NCBI GenBank assembly: GCA_040954595.2
Contig: CM082586.2
Location: 7,347,337-7,411,336 of the forward strand
Origin: Balanoglossus misakiensis
Lineage: Eukaryota; Animalia; Hemichordata
Length of the DNA: 64,000 nucleotides
Direction of reading: 5' to 3'
Both the position numbers and the translations under genes were made by a program. The notes below the pieces were generated by a model. That model was not told the DNA's origin, ran no database searches, and saw only the letters and a list, made by a program, of their open reading frames with translations. Positions 30,101 through 42,200 of this stretch are shown here, one piece after another. The stretch's first letter is position 1; each line of letters opens with the position of its first letter.

Positions 30101-33100
30101 TAAGACCTGATGTGTGTAAAATGGGCGTGTGCGTATATATGACTGTCCAAATTCCTACGTCAATTTTGCTCAAGAGTTATAGATGTAAGAGTACTACAGT
30201 ATGTGCAGATGTAGACTCTCTCACGCCCCCTCTCGCCACCCACGCAGACTTATCGTCTAATTGAATGTGTGCCCTCGATGGTCGAGTGAAACATGGCCAG
30301 CAGCTAGGGTTCACTACACATCACCATATGGTGCGCCTTTTTAACGCAACAGTGTGCAACACGTAAAGAGCCTAGGCTTGGTAGCGAACCGTGGGCTGTG
30401 TGGGGAGTCTAATGCAGATGTTGTAACATACTTACCGTATGAGGGTCCAGTCCTGCTGGCGTTTCTAATAGGGGACTCCAATCCATGGTTGAATGTATAA
30501 CAGTTTCCATACACTTCATTGTCCATCATTGAAAAATCACTGTCAAATAATAGAGTGGTACTTATTTGAAAGAAATTTGTGATATTTTTCTGTCGTTACA
30601 CATCAAGCATAGGCCTATGTCAAATATTCCACGCAAAATCTAATATTCAAAATGGCGTTTGAAACTTAAAAAAGCGGGAAAACATAGGCAATTCATAAAT
30701 ACATAAACATACTATTTGACAAAGCATTTTTTACCATTTTCCTCGCCATACGCACAGTATTAGATGCGAGTTTGCCCTAGATACACATGTTCTCAAAACC
30801 GAAATATTGTAGGTCACTAACCTACCTGAGGTCACAGCTTATTTCGTTGTACTTGCAGTGTAATATCATATCCTCGCGCTGGTGCCCTAAAACACCGATT
30901 TCGCCCTCATCGAGTTTCATCACCCTTTTTAAATCGGAGTAATCCACGGCCGAACTGAAGATGAAGAATCTGTTCCAATCCGGGGGCTCCTCGTATTGAA
31001 TTCGATCGAACCCCAAATCGTGATAGACCTTATCTCTGAACTCCTCAAAACGTGTGAGGTTTTGGGTGATATTTAAGAAGTTGTTGTACCAGCCTTCATG
31101 AAATATATCTTCAGTTTCATTCACTGCAAAAATGAACAAAATGAAATGAGTTTCTTGTTGCTTTACACTGATTCTTAGAATTTATGTTTTCCGGAAATGA
31201 CGTTTGAAAAAAGCGCAGATAATATGCGCAGTTTGAAAATTTGCGTCGACCGCGAGAAAAGGCGTGGTTAAGGAAATAACAAATTCCGACCGAGCCTACA
31301 ACAGGCTCTATTTATTACAAGAAATGAAAAGTAAGTCGTAAAATGCGAAAACAGTTACTCCAAACAAATTATTTTAGTTTGTCTTTAACGGCCATGCTTA
31401 CGTTGTTGACGTCTGCATTTGTTGGGTTGTTCGTCATCAGGATCTGTGCAGTCTTGTGTGAAATCACAAACTTTGTACTTTGGGATACAGCGATCTCCTC
31501 CGTCGTCTTGGCACAGAAAATGTGTATCCGAACACCCATCTGCAATGTTATTGACGCAAAATGTTTCATATGCAAATTCGAGTTGACTTTCCTAAATATG
31601 CTGGTACGCGTATCTTGTCGTTGAGTGATGATGTTGTCACATGTTGTCACAGAAAATCCAGGCACGATAGCAATACCATAGATTAATATAATTGATGTAA
31701 ATTAACGGTATTTTCAACGCTGTCATTGCGCAAGTGGGTTAGAATGTAAACATGTTAAATCGATTTCATAACATATCTCGTGTAATCACGGAACTAGTCA
31801 CATGCACATAGCTCGAAACGAGTTTCTTGTAGAGGATAGACAAAACACCGTAGATATGACTATACCTGAACAATCGATTTCGTCACTTCCGTCAATACAG
31901 TCTTCTTTTTTATCACATACTTTAAAGGGATCCAAACACTCTCCACTAGAGCACGTGAATTCTCGATCAAAACACGGACCTTGGGAGGTTGGAATTAAGC
32001 ATTAAGACCTTCTCAATTAATAACAATATTTTAAACTAGACCTATACATTTTGCTGACAACTAATGATTAGTTTATCGCTAACTAATACAAACATTATAG
32101 TTGACCCCTTTTTGCAGTCGATAATCATTTCACCATGTCTCAGAATATATTTTTATCCGTTGCAAAGCAACCGGAATATGGTTGAGGGTACTGATGACGT
32201 CACTGCCAGTGTGCCCCCCCCTCTCCCCAATTTTTTGGTTTGTTCTTGTGTTTTCAATGCATCGAATAATTCATGCATGAAACATTTCAGTCAACTTACG
32301 CAAGCAACCCTCTTCATCAGTGCCATCCTCACAATCCGAATGGTAATCACACTCTTTGCTTTGGGGGAGACACTTGGTCATGTTGTCACAGCTGATGCCG
32401 TTGCAGTAAGCTGGGAAAGAAGTAGACTTCACGGTCATTTTGTCTCTATTGTTATGTATGGTCAAGATATTTTTTCTTGATGGTAGGATTTACACATGTG
32501 TATGCAAAATATAAAAAAATAGAAAGAAAACCGACTTACAATGTTTATAGCTGGTGTGCAACTACTTTGAGAAATTTGCCGCATGTAAAACACGCAGTGG
32601 TTTTACACGTATTTGTGCATGTCAAGTAAGCAAGCGATGGTGGAATTTCTTCCAATTCAAGCGAATTGCAGTCCAGGTATTATAGAACCTCGTGTATTCC
32701 AAATACACGCAGCAAAACGGCTTTTGATTGGTTCTAAACACGCCATGTGATTAACGAGAATGAGGCCGTGACCCTCATGGCTGACCTCATTACTCCAAAA
32801 CAACGTTTATTTATTGTATGTCAAATCCTGTGGACATCGCGGTGAGACGCTGGTCACAGATAAAAAGAAGAAAACTGACTTACGTTTGAGTTCCTTATAG
32901 TAGTACGTACAGTTTTCGTCGTCTATGAGCTGGTTCCCTCCAACGAGGTGACTTTCTCGGAACACGAGGCATTCCGAAGTTGCCCGATTGTATTGGCTCG
33001 ATAGGCATCGCATGCATGACGTCACGTTGTAGGCAGTCTCGCAGTAGGACTCTGTGACGTTGTGCAGTGTTTCAAGTATCTGCTGACTAGGAGTTTGTAC

Positions 33101-35580
33101 TTGGAAACACTTCCCAGGAAGTACCATCATGTCGCCATCGGGAAAACCTGATGAAAGAGTGACATGTGTGCACACAAGTCAGAAACCAAGACCGTCATTT
33201 GGCGATTGGATCCGCCGCGTCCAACCGTGTGGCTAGTTGATATGGCTAAGCCTTGGCGACTGTATATTATATGACTTCCTCAGTGCTAATCCTTTAACTA
33301 AGTGAAATGTAGATGAATATTAAATTTTTAGAAGAGACAGATTTTTGTTTCGATAGTTTTAGAAATGGACGGGGATCTTTCAGTATTACCATCTCAATCA
33401 ATCAATCAAAAACATTTATATGGCGCCAATATCCAGAGAACTGTTCAGTGGCGCCCGATGGTTGTTCACACACTTTAGGCTGTTTTAAACAAGTGAGTCT
33501 TCAGTTTCCCCTTAAAAGAGTCTAGACTGGTAGCTCTGGGATTGACACGCTTGTATGGAATACTGAAAATTGCTGCGCAGAAATATTAGTAATCTTCAGA
33601 AATTCCTAATTTTGAATGTGCGTTGTTATAATCTGTCACGTGAGTTGATTTGTATATCGTGACCCCTGTATTTTTACTTGATTTCCACTTGAGACAAGTT
33701 GACTCGAATACATACGGCACGGATATTCGTCGCTAGGTTCCACACAGTCCTGGACACCGTCACATATTCGGTTTGATCTGACGCACCACTTGGAGTGAAC
33801 TTCGTGGAATTCACTCGGAAGTGGATCCACGCACGTGATCTCTTCCGTCGCACAATCTATTTTAACAAAGAACAGCCAGGTACTCCCAGGTCATTTCCTA
33901 ACCAACAACAGCCTATGAATAACTATTGGGGTTTTGCAGATTTGGTCAAAGCAAACGAAGACAATGTTCGCCACAGTCAGGATCCACGTATTCTCTTAAA
34001 TGTATAAATGTCTTAAACGACCATTTAAACTGAATCTTCCTATTACAGTCATCCATGAAGACAAAAATGTCATAATTAATGTTTTTGAGTTTCTTATGCA
34101 AACGTTACGGAAACCAGAATATTTTTGTTTATTCAGTTATTTGTTATTATCTAACTGTAAACGTGCGATTGATATGACAAAAACACTAATTTGCATTAAT
34201 TAACACCCACTTAATTAAATTTTGCTGAGTCATCCTTGGTGAATTTGAATAAACCACGGAGATGAAAGGAAATAATATAAATGTACACACGTCCAAAAAT
34301 AATTTTCTACAAAAATAGAGAGAATAGATGTATACGCTTCTGTTTCGAGAAATCTTAAAAGTTTCAAAATTGCAAAACCCAAAATAAACTTGAGCGAGCT
34401 TTTTGTGTGTTTGCGAAATGATGTAATTTTTTACAGAGCAGAAAAACGGCAACAAACGCATTATCATCGAATATATCTAGTTAATATACGCACCGCAGGC
34501 AAGTTCATCCTCTGTGAACAAACAGTCAAATTTGCCATCACAGACTTTGTCTCTACTGATGCATATTCCATTGGGGCCGGCAGTTCGACATTGGAATTGG
34601 TCTTCGCGGCAACTTTCTGAAAATGGCGGGAGTCATGCTTGTCAGTTTTGTGCAGAGGTATATACAGGACAACAGAAGCTTAGCAAAGACAGCATTATCG
34701 TGGCTACAAAAACAAGAATTGAAAATACAAACTGTTCTTAGAATCCGCTCTGGTAATTTAGGACTGTTACTGAGGTTTCCCTGCCAACGTAAACTTAGAA
34801 AATCAGTCGCAGAGTTACCGTAGTTGCAGTCTTTCTCGTCACTGGAGTCGCTGCTCTGCGCATCACAGTCCCAGACACCATCGCAAACTCGATGATATTT
34901 TAAGCAACCCCCTTCGGCACATTTGAAATCTTCTGCCAGACAGGGTTCTGGAGGAAAACAGTTGAGATGTTTATAACTTCCACATGTCAATCCGTACTAA
35001 AGTGGTGGAACACTTGGAAAGACAGAACATCGCTTTTGCACCACGGGTTGCACATGTATTTTTAAGTCGTTGATATCTCCCACCTGTCCATTTCTACAAG
35101 TGTGTTTCATATTATCTTAACCACCGACTTACCGTAATATCTAAAATTGGGATTTTTGTTGTAGTCGACGAGCGATGAAAACCTTGAATTTTGTAGCTGG
35201 GACGACCTGAGTCGATTTGTGTTGCATATCGTCACGGCGGGAAAAATAGCAGAATACTGCGGAACGATTGTAAGTACTGTGTTGACCGGATAGCTGATAA
35301 ATTCCCCCACCAGAAGAGATAGTATCGCAAATAGTCCCGCAGTCGTACACGTGAGGACGAAAAGCCAGAAAAGTCGACCGCATTTGGAGTGAGCGTAGGC
35401 CACTCTGGCTATTCCGTGAAGAGAGGTCTCCTCTGCCCAGCGCAGTGATCTCAGTCTACTCCTGTACAAGGCGGAAGACTCGGCCTTTTTCTCTTTTTCC
35501 TCTTTTGTGTCGGAGCCCGAAGCACTGTCAGGGGTCAGGATATTCAGAGTGCTACCCTGAGCAAACACAGTCGAGGGCAT
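27146..35580 (-). CDS. DEG/ENaC (ASIC/degenerin family) channel subunit with extracellular 3xLDLa-PAN/Apple-3xLDLa insertion, about 891 aa
   Basis: 18 exons: 35580-35133, 34947-34819, 34616-34494, 33856-33716, 33147-32884, 32410-32300, 31979-31866, 31539-31402, 31123-30826, 30539-30436, 29844-29681, 29388-29287, 29108-28994, 28706-28634, 28503-28446, 28237-28167, 27721-27646, 27292-27146 (2676 nt, in frame). Signatures: ETSLHG, TM1, FPAVTICNTN, YGNCYTFN, GLELIL, GIRVAVH, RLPEPYGKC, CQNSCIQ...HCGC, KWPS, SDLGGSLGLFVGVSLVTLVEFLE. Confidence 0.93.
27755..27918. mobile_element. MITE family A copy, inverted relative to the 2570 copy
   Basis: TAGACTCTCACAGCCCACGGTTCGCTACAAGACTC...GCCTGCATGGACGGCGAGAGGG matches the reverse complement of 2570-2740. 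No clear TSD. Confidence 0.8.
30212..30411. mobile_element. MITE family A copy with near-perfect 9-bp TSD
   Basis: TAGACTCTCTCACG...GTGGGGAGTCTA flanked by GTGCAGATG / ATGCAGATG. Confidence 0.8.
33392..33530 (-). mobile_element. 3' terminus of a non-LTR retrotransposon or LINE-derived SINE (L2/CR1-like)
   Basis: Minus strand reads ...GCGCCACTGAACAG...GGCGCCATATAAATGTTTTTGATTGATTGATTGA, a GCGC-xx-TATAAAT motif followed by a (TTGA)n tail typical of L2-clade 3' ends. Confidence 0.6.
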
Positions 35581-36895
35581 ACTGTAAAATGTGAGCGAAA
35601 AAGTCTCAGAGTTAAAGTAAGACCTATCGCGCGTTATCCCATTTAGGACCTTCGTGCAAAAGTACCAGCAAATCCTACAGCCTGTGATAAACGTTTCACA
35701 CGCGTTTGTCATTTTTGTCTTCCTGTAAGTTGGTGAAAATGACCACCATTTGTCCTCAATACAACTTTTTTTTCAGAACAAAAATGTTGGCTGATAAAAT
35801 ACGGTGACATGTCACAGTTGTGTGAAAGTGGTAGGCCGCAGTGACGTCATGTCGTCTGACTCAAACGAGTGCAACTTGCCCGAAATCAAGCGTTAAAATT
35901 CCTTCGCAGTGTTATTGCTTATTTTGTTATTTTCACTCACCCTTTATCAACAATGGCGGACTCCTTCTGGTCAAAAAGCCAACGCGAACGGTACGTCGCC
36001 GAATTGAACTGGAAATTTAAATGCGACATATCCTATACATTTGCAAAAGACACATGTTTACGTTCAGACCAGGTCGCAGTTGTTTTGTGAATAACCATAT
36101 CCATATTAATTTATTTAGCACATCATAAATTTGCATACTATTTAGAGCGGTTGTTCCTAATCATACCAGTCAAGTTTGAGTGGATATAGTCCCAGGGGAT
36201 GCTACCCTTATAAATCAGAAAATACAAACATGAAGACAAATTCCATCACGCGTTAAATATTGAAATATCATGGGTCAGTTCACTTGTTATTCATGTTTTA
36301 TACTGTTACATATGAAGTCCGTCATGTAATATACATTTACTGACATAGTTGTGAGCTGCATTCTATTCTGCCAGTTTGTAAACCACAGTACACTTATAGT
36401 GCAAAGATTAATACAAGAAATGGTGAAATACGTTAATTTATCTTGCTTGTATAATTATACCATTTTCTGAAGTTCGTTATATGTTGTTATTTCCCACTCA
36501 CAACACAATGAAAAGGAAGTTAGTTGGAGAATTTGTGACCAGTATTATTCTCATACAAATATAAATATCTAAGCCGACGATTTTATGCTGGTAGTAGATA
36601 CATATAATGTGGCCCAGAAATTGTGGCGTTTCGAAATGATATGCTAACTTTAATCTCTTTCGAAAAACGCAAGCACATTCACAAGTTGGTGCAGGTGCAA
36701 CGAAAATGGCTTACGTCACCCACACGAAAGCTGATGACGTAGTGGATACATGCCTAATACGTGTCATTTTACTCGAGAATGACCAATCATAGAACGTGAC
36801 AGCGATAATGGCGATGTTTCATTTTCAATACCAGTCCCCCCCCCCCTGAACTCTTCTTGAGTGGTGAATATTTATAAAAAGGCGAAAATACTTAC

Positions 36896-37180
36896 TCTTG
36901 CTGCAAGTAGCTACCGGGAGTTCAAATATCTCTGGACCCTGAATAGTTCAGTTCATTCAATTCGCAAATTTGCCAATCGTTCTCAAACATTCAACAACAG
37001 AATTGTCTTGAATCAACACACTCTCACTGAAATTCTTCCAAATTGGTTACGAGTTTCAATTCTCTCTGATCATATTCCTCCGTTTAAAAATACACCCCAT
37101 CGATCTGACACTGCGCCAGGATTCAGTAACCACGAGAACATAACTTCCTTAAATATTGAATTTATTGTTGGCCAATTTGA
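36896..37180 (-). promoter_or_regulatory. Candidate upstream non-coding exon/promoter of the DEG/ENaC gene
   Basis: The ENaC ATG follows an acceptor (TTTACAG|T ATG at 35581), so an upstream exon is needed. Donor AGA|GTAAGT near 36896, CCAAT near 37172. Alternative donor near 36715. Confidence 0.3.
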
Positions 37181-39232
37181 AGCAAGAAGACCACTGCCTT
37201 AAAACACTGAACAGCAAGAAATCGTATGAACCACTTTTTTATTTTAAACATTTCAAAATAGTTAACATTATTTCATATCGTCCCCGTGCAGCTTATAAAA
37301 TACTCCAAACGACACAAACCACACTCAGAGTGTTGTACTCAAATGCAATGTATTGTTTTACCGCTAAACTTTATTGCAAATTTTACAATACAAAACCCAA
37401 CCGTGATAAAATCGAGGAATAGTCACACACAATTCAAGCGGGGTTACGCAAATCTAACTTAAACAAACAGCATTTCTGGCTAATCTTTTTTTCTTCAAAA
37501 TAATGTAAGTGATTTATTTAGATTTAAGATGTACAGAAACGCTGAAAATGTACTGATATTAGTAAAAGTTAACGCATGCAGCGCTCATAACAGATATGGT
37601 TATCGCACCATACGAACGCGACTGCTGGCGAGATATTCTTGTAGATAAAATTGACATGCCCCCTGTTGGTTACTTCAGGGCTGGCGTCAATATTCTTTTT
37701 CTGCCTGGTACTTGTAATATGTATGAGCTCAACCGTACCTCATATGTCGCTGATCTAACATTGATCAAAATTGGAAACATTTCGTGGGGAATACGATGTG
37801 CAAACCGGGCAATATATGTCGTGTTTGAGAAGAAAGTCATAATTTGGCTATTGTTTACACAAAACAAAACAAAATGGAATGAAACAAACATGTAAATATG
37901 TTTGGGTTTCTGAAGCCATTTAAAAAGAAACTCGATTAAGCAGATTTGATATAATCCATCCGATGCTAAAATCTACACCAAACATACACATCAGCAAACA
38001 AATGTTTCAGAGTAAACTTTGTAGGCTATTTCTTAAGTTTGGTTGAAACAGATGTATCAAAAGGCTCGAAAACTTGCATTTAAAAAGTCTGGAGTGTTAC
38101 ACGTCAATTTTGACATATCTCTTCTTCGCATTTTGTTTCCATTTGTTGAAAAGTCTGTGATCGCATTCAGGATTAAATTACAGCAAATTAAAGTACAGTA
38201 TCAGTTTGAAGCATCGTCAGTTTAATGAAATACTGTCTGTAAATTGTATATCTCATGCCTGCCTGTCTGTCTGTCTATTTGCCTCTGTCTGCCTGCCTGA
38301 GTGCGCGCATGCGTGCGTGTGTATACGTAAATTCAAGAGAAGTCTGATTATCAGTACTATATTGTTATTTACAGTTAAGCCGTGTCAACAATTTGAAAAC
38401 CCACTTTCTTGACAAAAAAAATTATGCCACCCAACATTATGCTTCGAGACGAAATGATCAAAATGACTAAGAATTGCGTCACGGGTCCCAAAACTGCGTG
38501 CCTTACATTGTAGAAACATGGTTATTGAAACTGGCCAGTCTGTGCCCTGTTAAAAGCAGATTGTAGTATGCGATGCGAAAAGTCCAAATACTGCTTGGCG
38601 GTATCACTTCAGTAAATGACTATATGTTCCCTGTCGTACAAAAAATGGATCAAACGAGAACCCGGATTTAATGATTGCAAATATCCGACAAGATTCTATG
38701 AACGCAGGCCCTTATACCGATTAATTGCCAATGGCAACTACTGCGTTCAATATTGAATTACACCCCCTCTAAAATTCCAGTTCTTTTAAACGTTCTCATA
38801 TTTGGTTAAAGATCAATTTACGTCTAAGAGTTCCAAATCGAAAAGTTTCGAACCGTAGACAAAAGTCGAAGAATTTCATAAGAGCATCAAGAGATTTATT
38901 CTTTTGACTACATGAACTAATTAATAAATTAAATCAACCTGTTTGTTCCACTGCACGAGTGGAAACAATTAAAAACAAACCGTACATGATTTTATTCATC
39001 ACCATTTCAACCATTTCACAGGAATTGCATAAGTCAATACATTGTATTGATTCAAACGTAACTATCTCAGTCTAAACTGTCGCTTTTACGTTTGAGAGTA
39101 CAGTCATGTTGTCAGCTTCCAAGAGCTTTTGATTTGTTAAGGCACGCCATCAACGTCAGATATCCTCGTTCCTAGACACAGCAGATATCAGATTAGACAA
39201 GTAAGGGTGTGTCGTTTACGCTGGAATTCGAG

Positions 39233-42200
39233 CTAGAGACTTGAGACGCGCAAGTCGTTGTGGTCTCGGGAGTTCGCCACGTGTGGCGCCCGGCTCGGCC
39301 CGTCCACAGTGGACGACGTCACGTAGTCGTGGTGGTTCAAATTAATGTTGGAGGAGTACAGTATCTTCTTCTGTTCCGGCGGAGGAGGGCAACAGCAGCA
39401 GTAGAGACAGATAGTGAACAGGATGATGAGAATGACTCCACAGATAATCGTGACGACGCCGTCGGCGAGGCTCAGGGGTCCAAACGGTCCCGTCGTTTCC
39501 GCTGAAATATAGGACAGAAGAGGTGGGAATCACAAAATTTAATGACAGGAACCACTGTTGTGAAAGAATGACCGCACCACCGGCAAAGCCTGTTTGCAAA
39601 CTTAAATGCCGACGATCGTCCAGTTATGCGCATGTGCGTAATTTCGTAGACTGATCAGATAGACTGTACGGGGGACATTAATGGCGGTGCATCAATCAAT
39701 TAATCCGGCCCGGATCGCCCTTGATAAATCAGAACAACAGAAAACACCACCGGGCCACTCAGACGCCATATCTCGGCCAACAGTGATTGAGAAACAATTC
39801 TATGAAAGCAGAAAATCTCGACTTTTTCAGTGGTGAGGTTCAGCGACTTATAATCCACGTAACGCTGTACAAACCATGTCAAGTTGATGGCAACAGACAC
39901 AATCAACGATGCCGGATTACAGTGTCCTATTGACTTGTGTAATCAAACAAGTGCATTGAAAACGGACGGCATCTGCAAGAATATAAATAGACCTGTACCC
40001 GACCTATCATCAGACACTCTTTTGATTCAGCAAAGCTCGCTTTTTGCAAATTAACTCAATTGTGTCGGCCATCATTCATTTCCTCATCCGAGCCATCGAA
40101 CTGAATAACAAATCAGATAAGTGCGCATGCGCAAAGAGGATTCTGGTGCCTTGACGTAAGTAATCGTTACTTCAACTGAAGAGAACGATATGACATAGGT
40201 GATCTGTTGTTGCGAGGACTGTGTGCATATAGGTGAAGGAACTATGAAAGGGTACAAACACCCTACATATAGACGCAGGTATATCTAACTCTGACGTTCG
40301 GTGTACAGAACAGTCAAAATAAACCCTTACGTTAACGGAGACCGACATCGCGACTAAGCTTTGGCTACAGGGTTTCCCGTCGAAATTTCCTGTCACAAAT
40401 GAGAAAGATTATCCACAAACCAGACTCTCAAGAGAACATCTTTTTATCCCAGCGGTTTAGAAAAAAATCTTGAAATCCCTGTGAGGCCTGTACATGTACT
40501 ATTATCAGTTAGGAAGCACATGTAACAATTGCTTCTTGCCTTAAAGTTCCAGACACTGCAACTTTTCGCCTACTTTTAATTTCCGCTTCTATAATTAAAA
40601 TATTCCTACCAGCAGCACACGGGGCACGATGAGAGAGGAGCTATGCACCGTTTTGAGTCAAGCAGGAAAGCGCAGTATCACTTCATTTTAAAACAATAAT
40701 TGCGAACATCTCGGCGCGTGATCAATAAAACAGAATCAGTTTAATAAGGCAATAAAAACGAAATTGTGTTTCGAGACAAGATTATAAGAAACCGATGGAA
40801 GTACGCAGCATCAGAGGAAGAATTTGTGAACGTGTCCACATTTTATGTCGAAGATAACACTATAAAATATGCTGTTACATAAAAGAAACCCTGGTTATTT
40901 ATACCACGGTAATACCCTATTATTTCGACTAAATTATCAATAGATCCGCTAACATGGCACATCCGAGGGAGCTTAAGTTTAGAAGATTGAAATTGTGATT
41001 ATTGGCGATGAAATTTTAAACAAATCTCGCCGTTCCTTTTCACAAGCCAGCTCTTGTAAATCATACATGTTTTACCGCACCGTATATTCTACCGAAGAAA
41101 TAAGAGACATTCCTGAAGGCAATTACCATTTCTTCTCTCGAGAATTCTATTTTTATGATATACCAAACTTTTACGACACTTGAAAGAACCGTTTCTTGCA
41201 TGCAGATAGTTTTACCGTCGAATGTGTTTCCATTTTCTTATCTTTAAATGCGAAAGGTTTTGTCATGTGATAGGCTGCCTGATTTGCTTTCAAGGGGAGT
41301 TTTATAAAAGCCAGGTACTCGTATCACACAAAAAAACGTCGCGACGAAATTTATCTGATGCATTGAAATAGTGTAATTTTAAAAGAGGTCGTGCACCTTA
41401 CTTAGGGCGAAAATACAAATTAGGCTTTTTCTGTACGAGTGTTTACCAACCACACTGTCGTTGTTGAGTGTCTCAGAACATGAACTCGTCTTGGAGAATA
41501 CAAGCGACAAACGAACAGGGTACATTGTCATAAACTGAGAAGACGTTTGAAATTTCATGATAATAATTTCGCTAGCTAATCGTAATTTACTGATTAGTTA
41601 GATGAAACTATCATCCGATGAATGCATATGATTGGTTTGGTTTTGCAAAAAAGATGGTTAATTGGGATTGTCCGTGTTTGTTGAAGGATGGTATCATACT
41701 AAATAGTTTGAGATAATACTAACTGTATTTGCACATATCTTTCTGTTCGTCCGATCCATTGGGACAGTCCACGCGCCCATCACACAGCTTTCTGGGGTCG
41801 ATGGACTTCGAACTGCGAGAGCCACATCTGAATCGACACATAGGGTCTGAAAGAGAATAAAGAAAGTTATTCGAAAATGCGGTTGAAAGTTTTGCGTATG
41901 TTCACAGTAGATGGAACATTATACAATCTGGGCATGATATAACTAAGCAAACATTCTCCAGTGCATCTGCTGAAAGTTTGGACAGCAAATAATGTAAAAA
42001 GTAGCCCTGGGACATCACTATATATCTAGCTCTCAATCGCACCCGGATGGTACATTATGTCCGCCATGCGTCGAATGAAGAGCAATTCCGGGGGACAAAA
42101 ACATCGCCCGAAGATACATCCATACGAATTATTCATATGTCTGAAAAATTCAATACTCCTTTCTAAATCACACCCGTTGGGAAAAAAACTCTCCACGAGA

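Noticed and set aside
31343-31665. Paired 93/98-aa ORFs suggesting a nested gene or transposon fragment
   Set aside because: Explained by an LDLa exon of the channel (31539-31402) in a different frame.
40331-40389. Candidate extra exon of the CUB-LDLa gene (AG...GTAAGG)
   Set aside because: Would enter in phase 1 and exit in phase 0, breaking the frame with the TM exon.
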